Shown one piece after another: positions 55,628 through 64,000 of a DNA stretch of 64,000 nucleotides (its first letter is position 1; the number at the start of each line of letters is the position of its first letter). The stretch lies in the IMG/VR virus record IMGVR_UViG_3300028738_000008. One strand, given 5' to 3'. The notes beneath the pieces are model-generated. The model had not been told where the DNA came from. It was given only the letters and a program-made list of their open reading frames with translations, and ran no database searches. The position numbers and the translations under genes were made by a program. This DNA comes from a virus (taxonomy: Duplodnaviria; Caudoviricetes).

Positions 55628-57628
55628 TTAAGAATTAATTGCAAGTGTTATATTTAACGGATATATAACTGGTACTGGTAATGTAATGTATACAGGCGCA
55701 TCGCTTGTATAGTACGGTGTTCTCGATGTTGTTGGTGTCGGCAATGTGTCAATTGTCATATCAACATATATAGGAAAAGCTGGTAATGTACCTGATAATG
55801 TTACATTTAGCGTTCCACCTGATACCACTGGCGTATACATTGATGTCCCGCTTAATACAGGGAATGTGAAGGCAGGTACACCAGATGCTCCGCTAACGTC
55901 ACTGAATGACATTCCATATGCTGGACTCAAAATGAAATTATTTGAAAATGGTGGCAATGTTGTCGTGGTCGTAGTACTTGTAGTGGTCGGCGGCAATGTT
56001 GTTGTCGTGGTCGTAGTACTTGTAGTGGTCGGCGGCAATGTTGTTGTCGTGGTCGTAGTTGTAGTGGTTGTAGGCTGGATAATTGTAATTGTATTGCCTG
56101 TAGCTACGCAATTAGGTGCTCCAAGGTCATATAAACGTGTACTATATGTTCCGCCTGATAGTCCACTGACAGTTATACCAGCGTCGGTTATTGGCTGATA
56201 ATATACTCTATCAGTACCATTTAATATCTCAAGAATAAGCGTAGACCCCAATATATTATTAGCAATATCATATATGGTTATTTGACCATCGTTATATATT
56301 GTCGGCGTATTACCGCTAGCACTGAATGTGAGTGTACATATAGGACAATCGGTTAATGCATTATTAACGCCAATACTATAATTTGGTAATGTCCATGATC
56401 TATTTGCCTTGTATGACATGGCAAATAGTAATTCCTGATCTTCAATTATGAACATTTTTAGCTCATTTAATATTTTTCCGACTATATTACCACTCTCGTC
56501 AGCTAAGTCATAGTATAACGTGTTTAATCCAGCTAAATGTTTTTGTACGCCTAACGCTGTCAATTTCACGCCCAATGTAGTTCCGCTTGATTTATGCCAC
56601 ATTATTGTTGGGATAAATAACTCAGGAGTATTATTATAAAAACCCTCACCATATCGGTTTGACGGCGATGAATTTGTGTAATGAATTGCTCCGACTTTTC
56701 TTAGTACTGCACTTTGACTTTGAATATATGATACAAAACCAGCATATTCGGCAGTCTTAAACTCAGGGTATTTAGTATCGCCAGCAATTGTACCAGCAAT
56801 ATCTTCGGTGTATAATATAGACATTTTCCAAAAAGGAAATATAGGCATATCACACTGACTATTACTATAGAATGATAAAACGGCGTCAGATAAATAATCA
56901 ACAGAGTCATATACAGTTGTGCCACTATAGTTACTATAAAATGTTAATGCTGCTGCATAATCGCTTGTAACACCTGTTATGCATGGCAAGAATTTATCAA
57001 CAGTGACTTGTAAATTATTTGCAGCCAATGTTCCGCCGATAATACTTTCAATTTTATAAAAAATATATGGCTTAGGACTGTTAATGTCTATAACATCATT
57101 TAATGTGTCGCCACTATAGCCATTCCATTTAATCAAAACTATGTCATTAACGGATGGCTCATACGATCCAGTGGCATAATTAATAGATTGATATAAATTA
57201 AGCGTTGTGTTGCCTGTTGTTGTCATTTCAGATAGACTTACTTTAGCATTAGGCTGCTTCATATATTCGAGTCCTGTGTTAATAGTAACAGTTCCGCCGC
57301 TATTAATAATAAAAAATCCTAATGAAGATATATCATTCTGTATAACCATTGGTATAGACGGTACGCTAGTTATTGGGTTATATTCAGTTCCGCCACTAAC
57401 ACTTTTTATAAAAGATATTAGTTTTGGGTTCTTATCGGCAGGTCTTAGAATTATTGGCGAATAATTTGGATCGAAACTAGTCACAGCTTTGATTAAATTA
57501 TAATCGATCTCGCTATCGCCAATTGCAAAATAGTTAAATGTCAACTGTCCCTTAGACAATAGCTCTCTACCCTTTGTTGTTATCTTTATGTTTAAAACTG
57601 TTGGATCGTTCTTTTCGATGAATGCCAT
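55628..57628 (-). CDS. virion tail/baseplate protein with mucin-like Thr/Pro linker
   Basis: N-terminal KITTKGRELL...FAIGDSEIDY; PTTTTTTTTTTTLPPTTTSTTTTTTTLPP repeats. Confidence 0.75.
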   Translation of the reverse strand: MAFIEKNDPTVLNIKITTKGRELLSKGQLTFNYFAIGDSEIDYNLIKAVTSFDPNYSPIILRPADKNPKLISFIKSVSGGTEYNPITSVPSIPMVIQNDISSLGFFIINSGGTVTINTGLEYMKQPNAKVSLSEMTTTGNTTLNLYQSINYATGSYEPSVNDIVLIKWNGYSGDTLNDVIDINSPKPYIFYKIESIIGGTLAANNLQVTVDKFLPCITGVTSDYAAALTFYSNYSGTTVYDSVDYLSDAVLSFYSNSQCDMPIFPFWKMSILYTEDIAGTIAGDTKYPEFKTAEYAGFVSYIQSQSAVLRKVGAIHYTNSSPSNRYGEGFYNNTPELFIPTIMWHKSSGTTLGVKLTALGVQKHLAGLNTLYYDLADESGNIVGKILNELKMFIIEDQELLFAMSYKANRSWTLPNYSIGVNNALTDCPICTLTFSASGNTPTIYNDGQITIYDIANNILGSTLILEILNGTDRVYYQPITDAGITVSGLSGGTYSTRLYDLGAPNCVATGNTITIIQPTTTTTTTTTTTLPPTTTSTTTTTTTLPPTTTSTTTTTTLPPFSNNFILSPAYGMSFSDVSGASGVPAFTFPVLSGTSMYTPVVSGGTLNVTLSGTLPAFPIYVDMTIDTLPTPTTSRTPYYTSDAPVYITLPVPVIYPLNITLAINS
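55950..56074. repeat. 39-42 bp tandem repeat encoding Thr-rich LPP(T/S)n units
   Basis: GGCGGCAATGTTGTTGTCGTGGTCGTAGTACTTGTAGTGGTC x about 3. Confidence 0.9.
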
Positions 57629-57643
57629 AAATTCTATTTTTTA

Positions 57644-57651
57644 ATAAATAC
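57644..57651 (-). promoter_or_regulatory. putative late promoter motif GTATTTAT
   Basis: 15 nt upstream of 57628. Confidence 0.5.
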
Positions 57652-57691
57652 TATAAAATTTAATAGTGTTAAAAAACTATTAACTATGATA

Positions 57692-57946
57692 TTAAGTTAT
57701 AACATCAGCAACCAATGAATCAATAATAGCTTGAGACTCGATGCCCAGAAACATTAGGAATTTAATGCATCTATTTTCGTATTCTAAATCTGATAAATTA
57801 TACGCCACTTCCTCTGTTATCTGAGCATATGTTATTTCGTTATATGTAAATTCATTCAATAAGTTGTAGGTGTTATCATTATGATTGCTTCCCACACCGT
57901 AACTACGTGCATCAGTTATTCGTAATAAGTATTTTCTATTTGACAT
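57692..57946 (-). CDS. hypothetical protein
   Basis: ORF. Confidence 0.6.
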   Translation of the reverse strand: MSNRKYLLRITDARSYGVGSNHNDNTYNLLNEFTYNEITYAQITEEVAYNLSDLEYENRCIKFLMFLGIESQAIIDSLVADVIT

Positions 57947-57951
57947 TTTTA

Positions 57952-58872
57952 TTAAAATATTAAATTTTTCAATGATATCTCAGTTTCTTTTATTTCTTTT
58001 ACATAATTATATGAACAAAATTTATCACTATACTCAATTGACTTGTTAAAGGGAGACAACTGATGTGCCGTTTTCATAAATAATATGCCATTATTTTCCG
58101 TAACGCCAGCATTATGAAATATTTGACATTCTCCCCATCTATTAATGCTATCAGTAGCCCATGCAAAATCGAGTCCCTTATCAATTTTAACTTCATGATT
58201 AAAATAAATTGCATTCCATAAAACCGCCCACATATCTGCCGTCCAAGACTGTATAGGAAATTTTGGACAATATATATTAGATGTTGATACCATGTATTCA
58301 TATAGCAATTCTGAGTCCTTTTCGCATTTTCGCCAAAATGTAGCATCAACATTTTTCATTATATACTGTGCTCCACCAGCGTTTTCATCATTTTGCTCAA
58401 TAACAGAAGGCGAAACGCCAACAATATTACACATTCCTTTGAATAATTCAACGCCCTTACTTTTTATATAATCACTGTTAATATATGATCGTGTGTCACT
58501 AAGATACCATATATTATCATTCTCGTACTTAGTAAAATCCATTTTTTTCGTAAAAATAACATCTGGGTCAGTGAATAAGAATGTTTCCTTATTTAAAAAC
58601 GGATATTTATCAAAAAATTGAGCCAAAATATTATGCCTGAATGATACGCCATATTTCAAATTTTTGCGTTGATCCTCAAAAAAATGAAAATTACATTTAA
58701 TTGATCGATCAGCAGCTATTTTTAATATATTACTATTATATTGACACCCTCGATGCTTTCCGACCACATATATAACGTCATTCTCAATTCCCATTTTTCT
58801 GAAATTGTTTATCTGAACCATGATTTGCCAAACATAGTAATTATTATCGGGTAATGCTATTAATATTTTCAT
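57952..58872 (-). CDS. GT-A fold glycosyltransferase
   Basis: FLFTDPDVIF (DxD), GGAQY, WTADMWAVLWN, IFHNAG. Confidence 0.7.
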   Translation of the reverse strand: MKILIALPDNNYYVWQIMVQINNFRKMGIENDVIYVVGKHRGCQYNSNILKIAADRSIKCNFHFFEDQRKNLKYGVSFRHNILAQFFDKYPFLNKETFLFTDPDVIFTKKMDFTKYENDNIWYLSDTRSYINSDYIKSKGVELFKGMCNIVGVSPSVIEQNDENAGGAQYIMKNVDATFWRKCEKDSELLYEYMVSTSNIYCPKFPIQSWTADMWAVLWNAIYFNHEVKIDKGLDFAWATDSINRWGECQIFHNAGVTENNGILFMKTAHQLSPFNKSIEYSDKFCSYNYVKEIKETEISLKNLIF

Positions 58873-58882
58873 AAATTATATG

Positions 58883-61800
58883 CTATAAAGGTAATGGCGG
58901 TATCGTATTAATGCCGTCTATGATTCCAACGCCTGTTGAAATCGTATATGTTAGGGTAGCAACTCCTTCGCCACTACTTAAATTTTTCGCGCCACGTTCT
59001 AACCCTACAGACGTTATTATTGTTGAAGCCGATGTAATGTTTAAGGTACTTGTATATCCAGTATTTATAAAATTATATCCACTACCCAAATCCGCTTCTC
59101 GGATCATTGTGCCGCCTTTATATAAGGTAGCAGCAACATTAACTGGAAGCACTCCCAACGTCGAGAACCAGAAAGCTCTTGCATCCATTACAATTGTATC
59201 TTCTAAAGGATACAATGTTTTAAAATTTGTTAAATTAATCAATACAGCCTCATAACCGTTTCCTGTATTATCGCCACCCCATGTCAATATTGGAGCACCT
59301 GACGGTGGATAATTCGTTATCGAGCTACCTGACGGTATTCCCCATCCAAGATATTGTTGTTGGGATATTTGACCGATATTTGGAGTTTCCATTCGTGTTC
59401 TTGTATCCAAATCTATACCGTCATTAAATTGGTATGTTAGAACTATGTAATCAGCGTCGAATGTAAATTCGCCGACAACTGTTGAACCTGTTATGACGCA
59501 CCCCATATCATCTGCAATCATTATGGAAATATTTGTCCCACCAGATAAGCCTGTAGCCGTATTACCAGTTAATACACTATTTAAAGTATATTGTCCGTTG
59601 CTCCATATATAATCATAAGGGACAACGCCGCCAGTAACACTCACTGTAGCAGTTCCATCCGTAGAATCTACTGCAGTGGCATTTGTAGATGTAAATACCA
59701 ACGTCATAGGATTACTCAGACACGGATATATTGTGGTCGTAGTGGTCGTAGTTAAATTGTTATCAAGCCAAGCATATGTCGGCAGTGGCTGGAGCTTCTT
59801 TATAATGCTACCATCATCACCTAAATACATTAGATTATCATTAGTTGTAAAATCTGTCGAAGTATCAGTTCCACCATATGTATTTATCTTTCCCATATAA
59901 ACGCCACGTTTGTATGCAAATTTTTGCTTTGTAAACATAGTATTTCTAATAATCATGCCGCTTTTTCTCAATATAATTGTTGGCGATAATAATGTATCTA
60001 TAAACTTATTAAAGAATGCATTATACTTATTCAGGAACGGATATAAGTTTACAAAGGTGTAACCATTTGAGTGCGAAGGGTCATTATCAGGTAATAAGCC
60101 ATTTTTCAAATAATCTAAATACACTTTTAATAACGTTGGATACCATCCGCCTCTACCATCCGTAATAGTTTTTCTGTTCTTAGCGTTTATCAATTTCCTT
60201 TGAGCAATATCTATAAATTCTAAGAATGATAAACTGGATACATTATCAATTCCGAAAATGGTGTATGATTTCAGATAGTATACGCTTAAAACACTGTAAT
60301 TCGGCATCGCCACCGATAGAACAATCTTATAAGGATCAACCAAGTCCAGATAATAATCGCTAACAGGATTCAGACTAATACCATTTATTAACATTTTTAC
60401 TTCATTTGCATTGGCAACTCTGGTATTAAGCATCGCAACATATTTCCCAATATTCACATCATAATATATTTTTGCGTTATCAGTTGTGTTACGATATAAT
60501 AGCTCATTTGTCATATTCAACGTATTTTTTGAAACAACAACAAACGACACCTGTACAATTGGGTCAACTATAAGATATTCGGCAAACACCTCGTTAAGAA
60601 TTATTAACTGTGTAGGGTCTGTCGGATTCAATCTAAAGTCGCCGTCAATACCATTTCCAGCATTAACAAGTTCGATACCATTTACTGTTAGCTGAACATC
60701 ACCATTCGGTGCGGCAGGTAGTTGTATATATGTTCCGTCAAGACTAGCTGATACTCTAGTTGAAACGTATCTCACAAGTAAATCACCTGTAGCCGTACCG
60801 TCAGCATAAATGTATGTGATCTCAATAATGTCATTACTTCCGCTTACAGCGTTATTTAGCGTAATAACATTTCCAGTTAAAGAATAATCAACCTCATACG
60901 ATGTTGTGCCAGTATCGCCGCTTCTATTAGTGCTTAACAGTATTCCATTAAATCTCACTTCAACATCACCCTCTGGGGCATATGGTAAAGTATATGTTGT
61001 CGTCATTGAGCTATGATCCATAGACAAATTAATATAGAAATGCGATTCTATGTTAACATTATTTGCTTTAGCGTAATTGAAGGCGTCGATTTCAATGGCT
61101 TGAGCTATATCAAGACCCACATCAACCTCTTTAGTATTTAGAACTAGTCTACTATCCTCTTGATAATAAGATGGACTTGATTCAGATATTCTTGTTGTAG
61201 CACCTGATTGAACCCATGATTTTTTATTGTCAACGGTTTGATATAAGTCGAAACCAGCTTGTCTAAAGACATTCATATATTCCTGACCACTATCAGTGTT
61301 TCCAGATACTTGAAAATAAAATGCATTCGTTTCTAAAGGTGCTTGCGGATAACCATTTGCGTCATATGGAAATGAATTTGTGGGGTAATCAATTGCTGTT
61401 AAAACGTCCTCAGCTGGATTTATTTTACCATCAACAGTGTAGACATATTCCGTTATATTTATAAATTGCTCTGGAATGCCTATCAGCATAAATATTGACT
61501 TAATTGCATCCCTTGTACCCTTCGACTTCCAATAGTAATTTGTGTTTATAAGTATTCTTCTCCAAACCTCAATATCAATCTCCAAAGGAAGCAAATCTGT
61601 AGATAAGTTTCTCTCGATACCATCTGTGGATAATAAGTTACTCATTAAGTCATTTTCATCGGTAACTGGAAAGTAATCCCATCCGAATGTATTTGCAAGA
61701 TTTGCCACAAATGCATCTGGAACATTATCTTTTTTATCATATGAAATGCTATTAACGTATTGTAGAGAATCTATAAAAATTCTAAGTTGGTCAAACTCAT

Positions 61801-62851
61801 AGCCATAAATTCTTAAAAGCTTTGTGATCTTACTATTCTCAGTTAAGTCATAAGCCTTTAATGATGATGTTGTTAAAAATCTGGCGATTAAATCGGTTTT
61901 TATAACGTCAAATTTGTTACCTATGTTTAGCAATGCTTCCAAGAACTGCTTATACATCATGTTCCCGAAGTCAATATTATAGCCATCGAGTGTGGGCCAT
62001 ATCATTATGCTATTTATATACTCAATTTCTCCGTCATCATTTACCGAAGGATTTTTTATAACGAATCTAAATCCTTTATCAATTCTCTCAGAAATCATAT
62101 ACCTTTCATAATCCCTTAAACCCATTCTAAATTCTTCGAATATTGATGCATTAGGCTTTATGTGAAAATCGAAAGCACCCGTTACAGAGCCATTGGTAAA
62201 TGGAAATGGATTACCCTCAACAGCAATCGATACATAGTTTGTCGTGGCATTATAACCTGTGAAACCCTTTAAAACGTATGCATTATTTGAGTCAAACGAT
62301 GACCATATAACATATTTATCAAAGGATAAATTAATGTTATTCAATTCATTAACACCAAATAGAGTTGTATAGTCGCTATTAAATACCAGATTAAATTTAT
62401 TATCAATAAATGACGCAGGTATTTTAAATGTGGAAGTATTTGTAAAAGAATCATATACGAAATCATAATATGTTGTGTTTCCAGCTATAATCTTATGAGA
62501 ATTAACGTATAAACTGCCTGGAAAACTGGTTATTATATTTTGTATTGCGAATCTAAAATAGTCGTAGGCTGACCCGAATCTAAGGTATTTATTTAAATCC
62601 GACTTTTCTAAATTTAATTTAATCTCATTTGTGCTAGAGTAAATTAAATCTGATTGAGGTTTAGTAATACCCAATGAATTCAAGCTGATTGGCGCAACAA
62701 ATGAGCTTAGTTTATTGACATGATCAACCGATCTTTTATTATCAAAGTTGGTTGTTACATTGAATTTACCAAATGAAAAAATGGTCTCAGAAGTAACGTT
62801 TTTAAAATTACTTCTGCCAATACTGTTTTTAATTACGATTTCTTTAGCCAC
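58883..62851 (-). CDS. baseplate wedge/tail protein (P2 gpI-like domain)
   Basis: VPDAFVANLANTFGW...YWKSKGTRDAIK; 1322 aa; short Thr run. Confidence 0.7.
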   Translation of the reverse strand: MAKEIVIKNSIGRSNFKNVTSETIFSFGKFNVTTNFDNKRSVDHVNKLSSFVAPISLNSLGITKPQSDLIYSSTNEIKLNLEKSDLNKYLRFGSAYDYFRFAIQNIITSFPGSLYVNSHKIIAGNTTYYDFVYDSFTNTSTFKIPASFIDNKFNLVFNSDYTTLFGVNELNNINLSFDKYVIWSSFDSNNAYVLKGFTGYNATTNYVSIAVEGNPFPFTNGSVTGAFDFHIKPNASIFEEFRMGLRDYERYMISERIDKGFRFVIKNPSVNDDGEIEYINSIMIWPTLDGYNIDFGNMMYKQFLEALLNIGNKFDVIKTDLIARFLTTSSLKAYDLTENSKITKLLRIYGYEFDQLRIFIDSLQYVNSISYDKKDNVPDAFVANLANTFGWDYFPVTDENDLMSNLLSTDGIERNLSTDLLPLEIDIEVWRRILINTNYYWKSKGTRDAIKSIFMLIGIPEQFINITEYVYTVDGKINPAEDVLTAIDYPTNSFPYDANGYPQAPLETNAFYFQVSGNTDSGQEYMNVFRQAGFDLYQTVDNKKSWVQSGATTRISESSPSYYQEDSRLVLNTKEVDVGLDIAQAIEIDAFNYAKANNVNIESHFYINLSMDHSSMTTTYTLPYAPEGDVEVRFNGILLSTNRSGDTGTTSYEVDYSLTGNVITLNNAVSGSNDIIEITYIYADGTATGDLLVRYVSTRVSASLDGTYIQLPAAPNGDVQLTVNGIELVNAGNGIDGDFRLNPTDPTQLIILNEVFAEYLIVDPIVQVSFVVVSKNTLNMTNELLYRNTTDNAKIYYDVNIGKYVAMLNTRVANANEVKMLINGISLNPVSDYYLDLVDPYKIVLSVAMPNYSVLSVYYLKSYTIFGIDNVSSLSFLEFIDIAQRKLINAKNRKTITDGRGGWYPTLLKVYLDYLKNGLLPDNDPSHSNGYTFVNLYPFLNKYNAFFNKFIDTLLSPTIILRKSGMIIRNTMFTKQKFAYKRGVYMGKINTYGGTDTSTDFTTNDNLMYLGDDGSIIKKLQPLPTYAWLDNNLTTTTTTTIYPCLSNPMTLVFTSTNATAVDSTDGTATVSVTGGVVPYDYIWSNGQYTLNSVLTGNTATGLSGGTNISIMIADDMGCVITGSTVVGEFTFDADYIVLTYQFNDGIDLDTRTRMETPNIGQISQQQYLGWGIPSGSSITNYPPSGAPILTWGGDNTGNGYEAVLINLTNFKTLYPLEDTIVMDARAFWFSTLGVLPVNVAATLYKGGTMIREADLGSGYNFINTGYTSTLNITSASTIITSVGLERGAKNLSSGEGVATLTYTISTGVGIIDGINTIPPLPL

Positions 62852-62866
62852 AAGTTTTGCTTTTAA

Positions 62867-62874
62867 ATAAATAC
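62867..62874 (-). promoter_or_regulatory. putative late promoter motif in the loop of a 13-bp hairpin
   Basis: AAGTTTTGCTTTT..ATAAATAC..AAAAGCAAAACTT. Confidence 0.5.
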
Positions 62875-62906
62875 ATAAAAAAGCAAAACTTTATGGCAGG
62901 TATCTC

Positions 62907-63818
62907 TTAAGAATTAGGGTCTTTAGCATTAGCGATTGTTTGAGTAATATCGATATCAGTTCTCTTTTCCTTAACTTCGAATAATTGAGTGCCTGTGATG
63001 CTATCTTTGATCTGGTATACATCATACTGCTCTCTGATCTTTTCATTGCTGTCAAACAACGTTAAAATGCCATTGTCAGCATCTTTTAACTGGTTGCCGA
63101 TTAAAACGTCCGCAAGTGTTTGAACGGTATCCTTTACAAACTCAACCTCAATAGCCAATGGTGTGAAATTAGTATTGGATAGTATTATTTGTTGTGTTGG
63201 TATACCAATAAACGGAAGAACATTTGGCTTAACCTCTGATGCACTGCTTGGAGTTAATTGTAGAAAGATTAGTGATCCAGAATCGTCAAGACGGTATCTA
63301 ATTGCTTTTTGGGATGTATTACCAACATTTTCCTGAACTGGAACAACCTTATTAGATGTTATAACAAATCTAACAACATTGCGCATTTTTGTGTTATCCT
63401 GATTAATATACTCTATTTTATATCCCTGCATAGCATTATTTGATCTTAGCGATTGTGGTAATAGATTTGAATCAAGTATTATTCCTTTGGTCGTTGGCAT
63501 TGCTGATAATACTCCGCAGTCTAAAATGGTTGTTGTATGTCCAGTTGGCTTAATATAAATGGTGTAAAATCCTATCTGATTAAACGTTGTGGCTGGAAGG
63601 GTTAAATTATATAATCCTTCAAGTATATTTTTGTCTGTACCAATTTCAACCAACTGTTCATCAGCTGGCAAATAACAATAGGTTAGAACATCACTAGCTT
63701 TTATATTGATCATTGCTGTGCTGCTAGTCTCTCTATCCTTTGCATAATTATAATAAACGCAAATGTCGTCAATTTTAACGTCTGATGGTCTTACTGTTCC
63801 GACTATACCTATACTCAT
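62907..63818 (-). CDS. probable virion structural protein
   Basis: 303-aa ORF in the baseplate cluster; late motif at 63836-63843. Confidence 0.7.
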   Translation of the reverse strand: MSIGIVGTVRPSDVKIDDICVYYNYAKDRETSSTAMINIKASDVLTYCYLPADEQLVEIGTDKNILEGLYNLTLPATTFNQIGFYTIYIKPTGHTTTILDCGVLSAMPTTKGIILDSNLLPQSLRSNNAMQGYKIEYINQDNTKMRNVVRFVITSNKVVPVQENVGNTSQKAIRYRLDDSGSLIFLQLTPSSASEVKPNVLPFIGIPTQQIILSNTNFTPLAIEVEFVKDTVQTLADVLIGNQLKDADNGILTLFDSNEKIREQYDVYQIKDSITGTQLFEVKEKRTDIDITQTIANAKDPNS

Positions 63819-63835
63819 AAATTATTCCTTTTTTA

Positions 63836-63843
63836 ATAAATAC
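63836..63843 (-). promoter_or_regulatory. putative late promoter motif GTATTTAT
   Basis: 17 nt upstream of 63818. Confidence 0.5.
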
Positions 63844-63851
63844 GTTAATTA

Positions 63852-63998
63852 TTATATATTGTTGACAATATTAAAGAATCCTCCACCAGCATAGGTCTCT
63901 AATTGTAGAATGCTATCCATGTGTTCAAGTCGAAAAACAGTATCAAAAACACTAATAGCTTGTCTATCGATGAAAATATCCTCAACGAATCGAACGTT
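63852..63998 (-). CDS. C-terminal fragment of a structural protein (5'-truncated by the window)
   Basis: ...VEDIFIDRQAISVFD...ETYAGGGFFNIVNNI*. Confidence 0.6.
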   Translation of the reverse strand, partial: NVRFVEDIFIDRQAISVFDTVFRLEHMDSILQLETYAGGGFFNIVNNI

Positions 63999-64000
63999 TT

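Noticed and set aside
55950-56074. Mini-CRISPR or non-coding VNTR
   Set aside because: The repeat is in-frame within a CDS and encodes a Thr/Pro linker.
711-60695. Numerous antisense or alternate-frame ORFs in the track (e.g. 711..896, 4355..4675, 8472..8798, 30530..31021, 41584..42033, 44046..44543, 55746..56198, 58911..59255)
   Set aside because: They lie entirely within well-supported genes on the other strand or frame, have no motifs, and mirror the codon bias of the real gene.
1-64000. Stop-codon reassignment (code 15 or 4), as in some large Bacteroidota phages
   Set aside because: Long genes are intact under code 11, and TAG (12447, 58883) and TGA (2047, several ATGA overlaps) act as real stops.

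Overview
This window is 64 kb of a large, AT-rich (about 1/3 GC) tailed phage, probably a myovirus. Host-type TTTG/TTG-N19-TAnnTTTG promoters and the lack of Shine-Dalgarno motifs point to a Bacteroidota host. Layout: (i) 1-7.3 kb (+): homing endonuclease, DHH phosphoesterase and a 1626-aa tail fibre/spike. (ii) 7.3-37 kb (+): dense accessory block with a J-domain pseudokinase/vWA/PurA-like cluster, RtcB, a nucleotidyltransferase, ATP-grasp, DNA MTase, (p)ppGpp-hydrolase-like HD, Ro60/TROVE, Pth2-like, DHFR, Dda/RecD helicase, HD and HAD proteins. (iii) 37-64 kb (mostly -): degenerate exonuclease, lysis-like genes, fused SbcD-SbcC, ECF sigma factor, primase, phosphoesterase, RuvC-like resolvase, and baseplate/tail genes with a glycosyltransferase. 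Main discoveries: (1) Directly after Ro60 there is an unannotated ncRNA array with its own promoter. It has four Y-RNA-like hairpins and a tRNA-shaped RNA whose anticodon arm is replaced by a circularly permuted copy of the same hairpin. (2) Thirteen exact TGTAAC-N16-CGTATAA ECF-type promoters plausibly match the phage ECF sigma, within a three-tier promoter cascade. (3) A PurA-like ligase with altered substrate loops is linked to a vWA protein and a J-domain pseudokinase. All functional calls come from motif recognition by eye; no database searches were run.
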